A stretch of 64,000 nucleotides of DNA, taken from NCBI GenBank assembly GCA_964016885.1, contig CAXHJY010001421.1:29260-93259 (forward strand), written 5' to 3'. Both the position numbers and the translations under genes were made by a program. Positions 13,511-28,919 of the stretch are shown in pieces. Positions within the stretch are counted from its first letter, which is position 1; the number at the start of each line of letters is the position of its first letter. The notes under the pieces were generated by a model. It saw only the letters and a list, made by a program, of their open reading frames with translations. It did no database searches and had not been told where the DNA came from. The stretch is from Eledone cirrhosa. Taxonomy: Eukaryota.

Positions 13511-13678
13511 TATTTTACATCCGCTTTTCCCTGCTTGCAAGGGTTGGATGGGTCCTATTCAGCACAGCATCTCTCCATCCGTCATGGTCCTTTGTCATCT
13601 CCTCCGTGAGCTTCAGCAATCTGAGATCAGCTCTCACCACCTCCGCCCGTGTTTTTCGTGGTCTTCCTCTACTGCTAG
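13473..13678 (-). mobile_element. RTE LINE 3' end whose ORF runs directly into the tail
   Basis: Minus frame SRGRPRKTRAEVVRADL..WRDAVL; tail CCCTTGCAAGCAGGGAAAAGCGGATGTAAAA(TGA)n. Confidence 0.85.
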
Positions 13679-13745
13679 TATATAGATATACATATATATG
13701 TAGGTGTATGTATATATATATATATAGTTATATATAACTATATAA

Positions 13746-13964
13746 ATTTCGTTTTTAAATTTGCTTTGCAAGATTTCTTATCTGAAAACGTGTGTTGAAA
13801 CCGATATTGTTATACTTTAGGAGGGTCATGCTGCCAATAAAAACACATGTGCCTATTGGTTGTGTGTTTTTATTGGCAGCATGACCCTCCCAAAGTATAA
13901 CAATATCGGTTTTAACACACGTTTTCAGATAAGAAATCTTGCAAAGCAAATTTAAAAACGAAAT
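13746..13964. repeat. Near-perfect inverted repeat (102-bp arms, 15-nt loop)
   Basis: 13746-13847 vs 13863-13964, two mismatches seen. Confidence 0.95.
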
Positions 13965-14021
13965 ATATATGGTCATATATATATGTCTAGGTGTGTGTGT
14001 GTAAGATAGTATATATATGTT

Positions 14022-14530
<509 letters not shown>

Positions 14531-14620
14531 ATACATAAATATTTTTTATCTTCACTTGTCTGTTAGTTGTATATATATGTGTATGTAGAATTATATAAAT
14601 ATATATGTATATATATATAT

Positions 14621-14723
<103 letters not shown>

Positions 14724-15178
14724 ATGTTCATATAAATATATATGAACACATTCATGCACATACACACATATCAATCATTCAATCTATCTATCAATGCATA
14801 TATATATAATTATATTTATATATACATATGTGTGTATATATATATGTATATGTATATATATATATACATATATATAGATATATATGTATATATATATACA
14901 TGTATATATATGTGTGTATATATGTATGTATGTATATATATATAAATATACATGTATATATACATATATATATGTATATATGTATATATGTATATACATA
15001 TATATATATATATATGTATATACATACATATATATATATATATATATGTATGTATACATACATATATATATTAATATAATATATTTATGTACATATACAT
15101 ACATAAGTTAAATGTTTAAATATATGTATAAATATGCACACACACACGCACACACATATAAATGTATATATGTGTTTG

Positions 15179-15229
<51 letters not shown>

Positions 15230-15237
15230 CATATATA

Positions 15238-15297
<60 letters not shown>

Positions 15298-15305
15298 CAT
15301 ATATA

Positions 15306-15351
<46 letters not shown>

Positions 15352-15365
15352 TGTATATATATATA

Positions 15366-15396
<31 letters not shown>

Positions 15397-15584
15397 GCAT
15401 ATATATATAATGGCAGCTGCTGCATCAAATTTTCTTTCATTTCGTTGAAATTTATTATTTATCAGGCTATTAAATAAATTGTTTCTTTTAGAAGTTTCAA
15501 ACTGAAGCAAAACGTTTTCCAATTCCTACGCACACTCAAAAGTATATATATATATGTATGTTTATATATGTATATGTATATGTA

Positions 15585-15615
<31 letters not shown>

Positions 15616-15754
15616 GTATATAGACATATATGTATGTGTATGATGTGTATGCATGTGACAGAATACATATAACAGAAACATACATACACACATCATCATC
15701 ATCATCATCATCATTTTATAATATAATAACTTCAACTGCACATGTGAATGTTAC

Positions 15755-15802
<48 letters not shown>

Positions 15803-15897
15803 GTACCTATGTATATATATATATATAAATACATATGTATGTATATGTATGTATATATATACATATATATTTACATATATATATACATATATATATG

Positions 15898-15972
<75 letters not shown>

Positions 15973-16247
15973 GTAACATTCACATGTGCAGTTGAAGTTG
16001 AGTGCCTCTCTATGGCTGCATGGAATTCAAGAATCTTGATGATGATGATGATGATGATAATGGTTGTGTTAGGGCTTTGATTCGTTGTTGCAGTTGTTGT
16101 GAAAAACAATTTTTCTAAAATTGAGGTAGCTGAAATACTGGAATGTGACACTTTTTAAGTAGTATGAAACATGTATATATATATATATATATATATACAT
16201 ACATATATATATATACATATACATATAGACACACATACAAACATACT

Positions 16248-16427
16248 AGTACTGTTTCATTCGGGAGATTTCTCCCGAATGAAACAGTACTGATCCTGTA
16301 AAAAAATTTTCTATATTAAATATATATATATATATATAAGTTATTCTGGGTTGAATCGGAGGTAACCACAGTAAGTAAGGTACTCAATACATAGCAGAGT
16401 ATAAAAGTTTTAATATAGAAGAGCTTC

Positions 16428-16430
<3 letters not shown>
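16248..16430. mobile_element. Fold-back Penelope/retrozyme-like remnant, same family as 41960-42145
   Basis: 21-bp-arm hairpin containing GAAACAGTACT; tail GGTAACCACAGTAAG..TACTCAATACAT shared with 41960. Confidence 0.65.
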
Positions 16431-16495
<65 letters not shown>

Positions 16496-16589
16496 CATAC
16501 ATATATACATATATATATATATACATATATATATACATATATATATATATGTGTATATATACATATACTTACATATACATACATACATA

Positions 16590-17477
16590 CAGGAAATCAA
16601 CACAAAATTCCTGATTCACAATAGAGATAGGGATGCAGGCAAAACACCTAGATGTGACATCAAGTGCAGACTCTGCAGAACTAACATCGAAGATATCACC
16701 CATGTCATAAGCAGCAGTCCAAAGATGTCATCACGGTACTATCTACCTATGAGGCATGATATAGTGGCCAAAACACTGTACAATGCAATCCGTAGAAAAG
16801 ATAGCCCCGACAATAAACACATTAAAAGTTACAGCAATGTGGAAGACATATACATACATAATATGAAAGAGTACTGGTGGAATGTTCCAGTAAAAACCCC
16901 AATAAAGTGCAGGCATAACAGACCAGATATAATGATATGGGACAGGGAAAAGAAGGCATGCACAGTAGTGGAAATTAGCTGCCCAGCAGATGCCAATATA
17001 ATATCAAAGGTTAGCGAAAAGGAGAATATCTATGCAGAACTAATGATAAATCTACAGATACTCCACCCTGACTATACCTTCAGATTTATGCCTGTGATTA
17101 TTGGGCCACTGGGGTATGTTAGTAACTGCCTCAATACAAATCTTGAGAAGCTGGGCTTCACAGAACCAGAAAGAACACAACTAGTTAGGAAATTACAACT
17201 ACAATATCTTAAATACCTTAATGGAACAGTAAAATTATGTAAAACATTCCAAAAATTCTGCATCTAATAACTGCATATACACTTTTACAGATACAAAGCA
17301 TATGCACATGCACACATATAAATCAAAACATTCACATCCACATGTGCAATAACATCCATACCTGCACATTCATGCAAGCATGCAGACATATCTACCTAGT
17401 TGATGTTGTGTAAATTCCAATGAGAGAGTTTTGTATCTATTGGTAAAAATGTGTGAAACGATAAAACCAGAACAACA
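16590..17477 (+). mobile_element. R4/Dong-clade LINE 3' part: CCHC knuckle + restriction-like endonuclease, 3' UTR
   Basis: ORF to 17267: [30 protein letters not shown]; flanked by (CATA)n. Confidence 0.9.
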
Positions 17478-17535
17478 TACATACATACATACATACATAC
17501 ATACATACATACATACATACATACATACATACTTA

Positions 17536-18098
17536 CATGGTGGCTGCCAACTCGTTTTCGAGTACGGCCACTACTTTATATCCATGTAGGAGAACCCCTA
17601 CCGATACGCTGAACGAGTGTGACTTTTTAGTCCAGCCAGCGACTTGAAACTCTGGTACAAACACTACACTTGTGACAATTATTTACACATAGTGCTGGGC
17701 CCATGGTACCATGTGACGACAAGTGCAGAGAGATCTCCAGATATAAAGCAATGCCTGTGCCGTGAAGCTTTTATAGTGAGCAAAGGCACTGCACAAAGCC
17801 AGTCCCACTCTCTTAACCAATTTGATATTTACCAAAAAGAAGAACAAGTCAACATCATTGGATACCATCAGGGTTGCAGGTGTTATATCAGAGTTTTCCT
17901 TCTCCTAGAATTCTGCCTTGACAAAAGCTAAGGGGTCATCTCTCCCGGTGATTTTGGATGGCTCATGGTCAGGTCGTTGGCGACTAAACTGGCAACCTCA
18001 CCAAGGTTTCTTGGTGAGGAGGGTGACTTTGGACATCCTGCAGGACTAAAAACAAAACCTGTCAAAGGGCAAAGGAGCTCTTAAGAGTCAATGGCCAC
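17536..18098 (-). mobile_element. Non-autonomous RTE-derived element with (ATGT)n tail; 5' 135 bp inverted
   Basis: Reverse complement of 54229-54743; carries CTAGGAGAAGGAAAACTCTGA, a motif I recognise from RTE 5' UTRs. Confidence 0.6.
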
Positions 18099-18102
18099 AT
18101 AC

Positions 18103-18133
<31 letters not shown>

Positions 18134-18159
18134 CATACATACATACATACATACATACA

Positions 18160-18190
<31 letters not shown>

Positions 18191-18192
<2 letters not shown>

Positions 18193-18973
18193 TTGTATTG
18201 AGGCAGTTACTAACATACCCCAGTGGCCCAATAATCACAGGCATAAATCTGAAGGTATAGTCAGGGTGGAGTATCTGTAGATTTATCATTAGTTCTGCAT
18301 AGATATTCTCCTTTTCGCTAACCTTTGATATTATATTGGCATCTGCTGGGCAGCTAATTTCCACTACTGTGCATGCCTTTTTTTCCCTGTCCCATATTCG
18401 TAAAAAAGATAACCCCAATAATAAACACATTAAAAGCTACAACAATGTGGAAGACATCCATGTACATAATATGAAAGAGTACTGGTGGAATGTTCCAGTA
18501 ATAACCCCAATAAAATGCAAGCATAACAGACCAGATATTATGATATGGGACAGGGAGAAGAAAACATGCACAGTAGTGGAAATTAGCTGCCCAGCAGATG
18601 CCAATATAATATCAAAGATTAGTGAAAAGGAGAATATTTATGCAGAACTGATGAGAAATCTGCAGATACTCCACCCTGATTACACCTTCAGATGTATGCC
18701 TGTGATTGTTGGGGCACTGGGTTATGTTAGTAACTGCCTCAATACATATCTTGAGAAGCTAGGCTTCACAGGAACAGAAAGAACACAACTAGTTAGGAAA
18801 TTATAAGTACAATCCATTAATGGAACAGTAAAAATATGTAAAACATTCCAAAAATACATACATATCTACCTAGTTGATGTTGTGTAAATTCCAATGAGAG
18901 AGTCTTGTGTCTATGTAAGAAACCGACTCTCTCTCTATTGGTAAAACTTTGTGAAATTATAAAACCAGAAGAA
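18191..18973 (+). mobile_element. Second R4/Dong 3' fragment preceded by an inverted 207-bp fragment
   Basis: 18398-18806 encodes [21 protein letters not shown]; 18191-18397 is the reverse complement of 16935-17141. Confidence 0.9.
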
Positions 18974-19976
18974 TATACATACATACATACATACATACAT
19001 ATATTTCCTTTGTAGTTGCTGTGGGCCACTTTTTCTGTTTATAGGGGTATTCTCTAAGCTGTGTCATAGCAATTTACCTATATTCGAAATGTTCTACATT
19101 TCTAAACACAAATATATATATAATCATCATCTTTACTTTTCCATGTTGGCATGGGTCGGACAAGATATTTGGGACAATATTTTACATGGCGATACCCTTC
19201 TTAATACCTACTATTATAGTCACCTCATATGACATATAGTGATATGGTGTATCTATTCTAAAATTTAAGATCTATATGTATATATGTGAATATGTGTGTG
19301 TGTCAGTATATGTGTGTATGTGTCTCTATATGTGTGTATATGTGTATGTGTGCATATGTATGCGTGTGTCTGTTTCTCTTTATATATATCTGTGTGTGTA
19401 TGTGTATGCATGTGTGAATGTGAATAAGTCTCTATATATGTCTGTGTGTGTGTGTGTATGTGAATATGTATGTGCATGTCAGTATATATGTGTATGTGTC
19501 TGTGTATGTGTCTCTATATGAGTGTGTGTACACATATATGTTAGTCTGTGTTTGTCTCTATGTGTGTATGAGTATATGTATGTGTTTGTTTCTATGTATA
19601 AGCGTGTGATTCCCCTTCTCTACTGCTATGTTTCTATTCTTCTATTCATCTATTCATATAATCTTATATTCTTTTATTCTATTCTGTTCACCTTGCTTGG
19701 ATTCTTCCATGAGTGAAGCCTGAAAATAAAATCATCATCACCATCATCATCATCAACATCATCCCCATCATCATCATCATCATCATATATTGACATCACC
19801 ATCATCATCATCATCATTATCCTAATCATCATCATCATCATCATCATCATCTTCATCATCATCACCATCATCAGCAGCATCACATCATCATCATTAATAT
19901 CTCTGTCAATGACATCACCATCATTATCATCATCATCACCATCATCACATTGTCATCATTAATATCTCTGTCATTG

Positions 19977-20158
19977 ACGGGGGATTGGCAGAATCAGTAG
20001 AGGGTCGGACGCCATACTTTGACGCATGGAGTAACGGCCCTTGCCATTCAAATCCCGCCAAGGTTAACTTTGCCTTTCATCCTTACGGGGTCGATAAAAC
20101 AAAGTACCAGTAATGCACTGGGACAATTGCTGGCCTTGTGCCAAAAGTAGAAACAATT
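19977..20158 (+). mobile_element. SINE family A
   Basis: GGATTGGCAGAATCAGTAGAGG...TTCAAATCCCGCC...GTAGAAACAATT. Confidence 0.85.
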
Positions 20159-20294
20159 AATATCTGTCATTGACATCACCATCATTATCATCACCATCAG
20201 CATCTCCATCAGCATCAAAAATCATCATCATCATTAACATCATCATCACCATCTCAACCACCACATCATCCACCAAAAAACATTAACATCACCT

Positions 20295-21885
20295 ACAACA
20301 CCAACAACAATATCAACACCAACAACAACAACAACAACATCAACACCAACAACAACACCAACAACAACACCAACAACAACAATAACACCAACAACACCAA
20401 CAACAACACCAACAACAACAACAACAACACCAACAACAACAACACCAACAACAACAACACCAACAACAACAATAACACCAACAACACCAACAACAACACC
20501 AACAACAACACCAACAACAACACCAGCAACAACACCAACAACAACACCAGCAACAACACCAACAACAACACCAGCAATAACACCAACAACAACAATAACA
20601 CCAACAACACCAGCAACAATACCAACAACACCAGCAACAACACCAGCAACAACAACAATAAGACCTACAATAACACCAACATCAACACCAACAACACCAC
20701 CAACAACAACAACAACACCAACAACAACAATAACACCAACAACACCAACAACACCAACAACAACACCAACACCAACAACAACAACACCAACAACAACACC
20801 AACACCAACAACACCACCAACAACACCAACAACACCAGCAACAACACCAGCAACAACAACAATAAGACCTACAATAACACCAACATCAACACCAACAACA
20901 CCACCAACAACAACAACAACACCAACAACAACAATAACACCAACAACACCAACAACACCAACAACAACACCAACACCAACAACAACAACACCAACAACAA
21001 CACCAACACCAACAACAACAACAACACCAACAACAACATCAACACCAACAACAACAACAACAACACCAACAACACCAACAACAACACCAACAACACCAAC
21101 AACAACAACAACACCAACAACAACAACAACACCAACAACAACATCAACACCAACAACACCAACAACAACAACAACAACAACAACACCAACAACAACACCA
21201 ACAACACCAACAACAACATCAACACCAACAACACCAACAACAACACCAACACCAACAACACCAACAACAACACCAACACCAACAACAACAACAACACCAA
21301 CAACAACATCAACACCAACAACAACAACAACAACACCAACAACACCAACAACAACACCAACAACACCAACAACAACAACAACACCAACAACAACAACAAC
21401 ACCAACAACAACATCAACACCAACAACACCAACAACAACAACAACAACAACAACACCAACAACAACACCAACAACACCAACAACAACAACACCAACAACA
21501 AAACCAACAACAACATCAACACCAACAACACCAACAACAACACCAGCAACAACAACAACAACAATAAGACCTACAATAACAACACCAACAACACCAACAA
21601 CACCAACAACAACACCAACAACAACATCAACACCAACAACAACACCAACAACTACAACACCAACACCTACAATAACACCACCAACAACAACAACACCAAC
21701 AATAATAGTAACAACAACAACAATAACAACAACAACAATAATAGTAACAACAACAACAATAATAGTAACAACAACAATAACAACAACAACAATAACAACA
21801 ACAACAACAATAATAGTAACAACAATAATAGTAACAACAACAATAATAGTAACAACACCAACAACAACAGTAACAACAATAACAA
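20295..21885. repeat. (CAA/CAC)n trinucleotide array with higher-order duplications
   Basis: Landmark caataagacctacaataac recurs at about 20655, 20860 and 21563. Confidence 0.95.
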
Positions 21886-23629
21886 TGAGAGGTGTAGGGG
21901 GGAGGTGATACCAAAATCAATGTCTGTCAATGTCTTTGTTGTTATTGCAGTGAAGCATACCTTATCAGGTGGTGACTTGTAACAGAACAGCACACATATA
22001 TATAGTACACACACATATATACACACATACACCACACACACACACATATATACACACATACACCACACACATACACACACAAACATACACACACATACAC
22101 CACACACACACACACACATTTATACACACATACACCACACACACCACACACACCACACACATACACACACAAACATACACACACATACACCACACACACA
22201 CACACATTTATACACACATACACCACATACACCACACACATACACACACAAACATACACACACATACACCACACACACACACACATATACACATACATAC
22301 ACCACACACACCACACACACCACACACATACACACACATACACCACACACACACATATATATACACACACATACACCACACACACCACACACAAACATAC
22401 ACACACATACACCACACACACACATATATATACACACATACACCACACACACCACACACATACACACACATACCACACACACATACCACTCATACACACA
22501 CATACCACAGATGTACCACACACATACCACTCATACACACACACATACCACTCATACACACACATGCCAAACACATACTACACACACCATGCACACACAC
22601 ACACCCATTCACACACACACCCATGCACACTCCACACCACAACACCCATCCATACACCACACTACAACACCCACCCATACACCACACTACAACACCCACC
22701 CATACACCACACTACAACACCCACCCACCATACAACACCCACCCATACACCACACCACAACACCCACCCATGCACCACACTACCACACACACCCATACAC
22801 CACACTACAACACCCACCCAACACACTACAACACCTACCCATACACCACACTACAACACCCACCCATACACCACACCACAACACCCACCCATACACCACA
22901 CTACAACACCCACCCATATGCACACACACACCAACTACACTACACCCATCACACATACACTCACCACACTGCACCCATCACCTATACACACATACCACAC
23001 TGCACCCACCACAACACACTATACACACCTCACGATACTACACCCACCACCTATACAGATACACCCTCCAGCCAACAACCACCCCCACACACACACATAC
23101 ATATCATCATCATCATCATTTTACGTCTGCTTTTCCCTGCTTGCAAGGGTGGCACGGGTCTTTATGTATATGTATATATGTATGCATGTGTGTGTAGAGA
23201 GAGGGGGGGGGAGATAAAGATTAATAAGGATTTAAATTAAATCATTTAATTGATTCACAAGCGTTTCATTAGACTAATATATATATAAACTGTGCTAAAA
23301 AAACATACAAGACATGATTAGAAAAAAGAAATTTAATTATACATTTTTATGAGGGGTGGATAGGGCCCCTGAGTCCAGTAAGACGACCTCTCTAGTGCTG
23401 GTGGCACGAATAAAAAGCACCTAGTCCATGCTGTAAAATGGAGGGGTAAAGAGGGCCCCTGAGTCCAGTAAGACAACCTCTCTACTGCTGGTGGCACGAA
23501 TAAAAGCACCCAGTTCATGCTGCAAAGTGGTGCTGGTGTTAGGAAGGGCATCCAACCAGTATAATAAAGGCCAACATTATGAGCACAACATGTGTTCCAT
23601 TATTGAGTCATATATATATTTTTAAAAAG

Positions 23630-24130
23630 TGTTAAGTCTGTCTTAAGTCAGAAGTCTCATTTGGCCGGTGCTTATCCCAGTTTCATGGCATGAAGCAACT
23701 GAGAGTACAAGACTCCCTCCTGGACAGGATGCCAGTCCATCGCAGGGTTAAATCACCAGCTACTGCTGGTACTCATTTTCAGCTGAGTATACTAGAGCAA
23801 TGTAAAATTAAGTGTTTTACTCAAGAACAACATGCAACCCAGGAATTGAACCCACATTATGATCGTAAGCCCAACACCCTTGCCACTAGACCACGTGCCT
23901 CCCATATACATATATGGCGTGAGGCTGAGTGGTTAGAGAGTTGCATTCACAATCTTGAGGTTGTGAGTTCGATTCCTGGACGGGCCGATGTGTTATGTCC
24001 TTGAGCAAGACACTTTATTTCACGTTGCTCCTTCTACCTGGAGTTGCAACCTATAGATAGTACTAACAACTGGAAAGACCGACGGAAACATTGTTTCCTC
24101 GGTCCAACTTGACGAAAGTCGATCGATCCT
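23630..24130. mobile_element. Two head-to-head tRNA-derived SINEs (23630-23903 minus, 23915-24130 plus)
   Basis: A/B boxes in both; the plus element body recurs inverted at about 47170-47300 and 49870-50002. Confidence 0.75.
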
Positions 24131-24150
24131 TTATATATATATATATATAA

Positions 24151-24547
24151 TAATTGTTTCTACTTTTGGCACAAGGCCAGCAATTACCCAGTGTATTACT
24201 GGTACTTTATTTTATCAACCCCGTAAGGATGAAAGGCAAAGTTAACCTCGGCGGGATTTGAACTCAGAATGGAAAGGGCCATAATTGTTTGCGTCAAAGC
24301 ATGGCACCCGACCCTCTACCGATACTGCCAATACACCGCCTATATATATATATATATAATTGTTTCTACTTTTAGGCACAAGGCCAGCAATTACCCAGTG
24401 CATTACTGGTACTTTATTTTATCGACCCCGTAAGGATGAAAGGCAAAGTCAACCTCGGCGGGATTTGAACTCAGATCGTAAAGGGACGCAACTATGCTGG
24501 AAAGCATGGCGTCCGACCCTCTACTGATACTGCCAATCCACCGCCCT
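24151..24547 (-). mobile_element. Two tandem SINE family A copies separated by (TA)n
   Basis: Full-length copies at 24151-24341 and 24357-24547. Confidence 0.9.
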
Positions 24548-24680
24548 ATATATATATATATAATAATGTAATATATACTTGGTGGTCACCGATCTGTCCA
24601 GCTCATTTGTCTACCAGCATATCATGAAAAAATTATACATCTCATATGTATTTTGTCTGAAGAGGATATGTTTTGGTATA

Positions 24681-25633
24681 TGGAGGCACATGGCTTAGTG
24701 GTTAAAGCATTGGCCTTGCAATCGAAAGGGTGATGTGTTGTTTCCTTGAGCAAGACACTTTATTTCACATTGCTCCAGTTTACTCAGCTGTAGAAATGAG
24801 ATGATAGGGACTGGGGTCCCTATCATTCCACTGCAAAGTGGATGTGTAGGTGCCATGTCAAAAAAGCACCCAGCACTCACTGTAAATGAGGTTGATGTTA
24901 GGAAGGGCATCCAGCTGTAGAAATCAAGCCAGAATCAGTTCCCGTCCCACCCTTGCAAGCAGGGAAAAAGCGGACGTAAAATGAAATGATGATGATGATG
25001 ATATGTTATACATAAAGCTTTGCATCTTCGAAATATAATAAAATAGAGATGATATAAAGTATATATTCTTCATTTATTACTATTATTATTATAATACTCC
25101 GGATATATACCGTTGAGTGCTTGCCATCTGTTACATATAAGAATCAGTTGATTACAAATCAACTAACTCTTTATTCATTGATTAATATATATATATATAT
25201 ATATGTGTATGTGTGTGGTGGTGTGTATGTTTATGTGTCTACATGCATCATCATCATCATTTTACGTCAGCTTTTTCCCTGCTTGCAAGGGTGGGACGGG
25301 AATTAATTCTGGCTTGATTTCTACAACTGGATGCCCTTCCTAACACCAACCTCATTTACAGTGAGTGCTGGGTGCTTTTGTTTCTGTGGCGCCTACACGA
25401 CCACTTTACAGTGTGGGCTGGGTGCTTTTTTGCCGTGTCACCTCCACGACCACTTTGCAGTGGAATGATAGGGACCCCAGTCCTATCATCTCTTTTCTAC
25501 AGCTGAGTAAACTGGAGCAATGTGAAATAAAATGTCTTGTTCAAGGAAACAACACATCACCCGGTCCGAGAATTGAACCCACAACCTTTCGATTGCAAGG
25601 CCAATGCTCTAATTACTAAGCCATGTGCCTCCA
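24681..25633. mobile_element. Two tail-to-tail SINE family B copies (24681-25002 plus, 25247-25633 minus)
   Basis: Both match 11544-11893. Confidence 0.9.
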
Positions 25634-25846
25634 TTATATATATATATTTAACTGGCAGTAACACTAATACAGCGTTTTAGCATAATAGAGGGGTATATGA
25701 AATCATATACAGACATATATTACACATTTATATACAATAAACATATGGGTAACCTTGCTATCAACGAAAGATATTTTTTCATAACGAACACATTATTTTT
25801 TTATATTTTCCTCTTTGAATATCTCACAGTTGCCAGTACATTTTAA

Positions 25847-25899
25847 GAATGTCTGACAGTGCTGTTTCAAGATTTATTAATCGTTCATCAGTGACACTC
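25847..25899 (-). ncRNA. Type I hammerhead ribozyme motif
   Basis: Minus strand: gagtgtc-a-CTGATGA-ac-gatt/aata/aatc-tt-GAAA-cag/ca/ctg-TC-a-gacattc. Confidence 0.75.
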
Positions 25900-26064
25900 A
25901 CTCAACCAATACTGGAATGGAAATAGACTAGAGTCTATATAGAATTTTGCAATATGATCATTTGCTGGAAATGCTCATTTGCATATTGCGCAAACTTGGC
26001 TGGTGGTGGTGGTGGTGGTGGTAGTGGTGGTAGTGGTGGCAATGGTTGTCTCAGTGAAGGTTTG

Positions 26065-26750
26065 ATGTTTGATTGGATGAATGTATGGACGATTGGCTAG
26101 TTGGATGGATGAATGTACGGATGGTTGACTGGTTTGATGGATGGATGGTTGGCTGGATGGTTGGATGGATGGATTTATGGTTGGATGGTTGGCTGGTTGG
26201 ATGAATGGGTGGTTGGCTGGATGGTTGGATGGTTGGATGGTTGGCTGGTTGGATGGATGGATGGTTGGCTGGATGGTTGGCTGGATGGATTTATGGTTGG
26301 ATGGTTGACTGGTTAGATGGATGGATGGTTGGATGGTTGGCTGGTTGGATGGATGATGAGTTGGATGGATGAATGTATGGATGTATGGATGGGTGGATGG
26401 TTGGGTGGATGGATGGATGGCTGGTTGGACGTGTGAATGATTTGTTGGGTGGATTGTTGGTTGGATGGGTGGATGGATGGATGGTTGAAGGAATGGATGG
26501 ATGGTTAGATAGATGGTTGGGTGGAAGGATGTAGGTTTAGATGACTATATGGATAAATGGGTGGTTGGATAAAGGAATGGGTAGATGGATAGTTGGATGG
26601 AAGGATAGATTGATGGATGGATACTTGGTTGGGTGGATGGTTAGCTAGATAGACAGATTTATGGATGAGTGAAGAAATGTATGGATGGTGAAATAGATAA
26701 CTAGGTGGACAGATGGATGGTTTGTTGGTTCGATGGTTGGATGGAAGGAT
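26065..26750. repeat. Degenerate (GGAT/GGTT)n array
   Basis: Direct reading. Confidence 0.95.
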
Positions 26751-26994
26751 GTTTGAAATCTGGTGTCAATATAGAGTGGGAAATAACACATACACAAATC
26801 AAAGCCAGGATTTCAAGCCAAAGCAAGTCACCTTCATCCCACCCCACACAACTACCTTGAAAAAAAATAATAAATAAAAAAACAGAAAAGAAAGTTCAGC
26901 TAAAGCTAGGCTACCGTTAAGTTAAGCCAAGCCAAGGGAAGATAATTATATAAGTAGAAATAGCGAGGATAATTGCAGTGAGCAGGATCCATAT

Positions 26995-27082
<88 letters not shown>

Positions 27083-27158
27083 ATATATACATATATATAT
27101 ACATATATATATACATATGTATGTACGTATGCATATGTATAAATATATATATATGTAT

Positions 27159-27194
<36 letters not shown>

Positions 27195-27509
27195 GTATAT
27201 ATATATAAGTTAATTGTAAATGATGGTAGGTGGAATGTGGGGTGGGGAGGTCACTCAGGGGACAAGAAAACACAGCTATTGTAGTGAGAGCATGGTTACA
27301 ATTGATGGTGTTGAGAATTTAGCATGACATGTAATGGTAGTCAAATCATAGAAAATTCTATTTTAGTCTGAAATAACAATTTTATTCTCTACTGCTGCCA
27401 ACATACCTCCATATTGCCATATCACACACCATTGTGATAGACTAAATCTAGGCAATGCCCCAGATTGACCACAATCTAACTATTGGAACTAGTAAAAGAA
27501 TAAAGGAAT

Positions 27510-27541
<32 letters not shown>

Positions 27542-27566
27542 TTTGTATATATTTATATGTGTATAT

Positions 27567-27597
<31 letters not shown>

Positions 27598-27601
<4 letters not shown>

Positions 27602-27831
27602 AAAATCTATGACCCCGACGGCATAGCTCAAGCCATTTCGACGGCTATTTCTGGACTAATCAGAATTTTTATTTTTTTTTTTATTTTGATTTAGTCCAGA
27701 AATAGCCGTTGAAACGGCTTGAGCTCTGCCGTCGGGGTCATACATTTTCCTATTACCCACTCTACTACCCTAAGTATTGAGTATTCTGGTGCGTTATGGT
27801 CCATCTGGTTCCTTACCACAACTCCTTCGTT
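27598..27831 (+). mobile_element. Fold-back Penelope/retrozyme-like element (family also at 31418, 36811, 58566)
   Basis: Inverted arms with GAAACGGCTTGAGCTC.GCCGTC, then an ~80-bp unique tail, within (TA)n. Confidence 0.75.
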
Positions 27832-27842
27832 ATATATATATA

Positions 27843-28781
<939 letters not shown>

Positions 28782-28782
28782 T

Positions 28783-28860
<78 letters not shown>

Positions 28861-28919
28861 GTATATTTATATGTACATATGTGTATATATGTATGTATAT
28901 ACAAGTATATATATATATA

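Noticed and set aside
20293-23240. Poly-Leu/Val and His/Thr-rich ORFs
   Set aside because: Translations of CAA/CAC and CA repeats; no domain or splice evidence
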